Of a DNA stretch of 26,713 nt, positions 26,688 through 26,713 are shown piece by piece. Source of the stretch: Nitrososphaeraceae archaeon (GTDB lineage: Archaea > Thermoproteota > Nitrososphaeria > Nitrososphaerales > Nitrososphaeraceae); contig DATGZA010000065.1 of assembly GCA_035297365.1 (NCBI GenBank), positions 1-26,713 on the forward strand, read 5' to 3'. The translations under genes were made by a program, and so were the position numbers. The number at the start of each line of letters is the position of its first letter. The stretch's first letter is position 1. Under the pieces are notes generated by a model, which did no database searches, had not been told where the DNA came from, and worked only from the letters and a program-made list of their open reading frames with translations.

Positions 26688-26713
26688 GAGATTAACATTG
26701 TTTTTTATTATTT

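Noticed and set aside
1-26713. CRISPR array, tRNA, rRNA or IS element
   Set aside because: All repeats found are two-copy or simple repeats. No GC-rich structured RNA or transposase motif was seen.
26400-26713. Coding remnant or regulatory role for the end region and its 18-bp tandem repeat
   Set aside because: The frames I translated are interrupted by stops and the context is cut off by the window edge.

Overview
Very AT-rich archaeal chromosomal region with T/A-rich TATA-like boxes about 20-40 nt upstream of many starts. The gene families suggest a soil ammonia-oxidising archaeon (Nitrososphaeraceae, Ca. Nitrosocosmicus-like; inference). The left arm (2.1-13.5 kb, all minus strand) is a signalling and partition-like module. 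It holds a soluble histidine kinase with an N-terminal TRASH/YHS-like Cys domain, two stand-alone copies of that domain, a single-domain response regulator, a MinD/ParA ATPase, a Spo0J-type ParB and a perfect 24-bp palindrome (candidate parS) just downstream of parB. It also holds a kinase-less membrane protein that shares the kinase's PLD/TrmB-like domain. The middle part is metal-rich: a secreted Met-Asn-repeat protein, a 380-aa membrane protein with two D-x3-H-x12-H motifs resembling the AmoC/PmoC copper sites plus a PmoA-like C-terminal motif, HtrA, and a two-domain multicopper oxidase-ZIP-MntR operon with a palindromic operator. Flanks carry a partial CobB sirtuin, HIT, tautomerase, cyclophilin-like, HAD, GATase, SRPBCC, CDGSH and zf-UBP genes, plus one clear and one probable pseudogene. 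No rRNA, tRNA, CRISPR array or transposase was seen. Reference motifs are recalled from memory and no searches were run.
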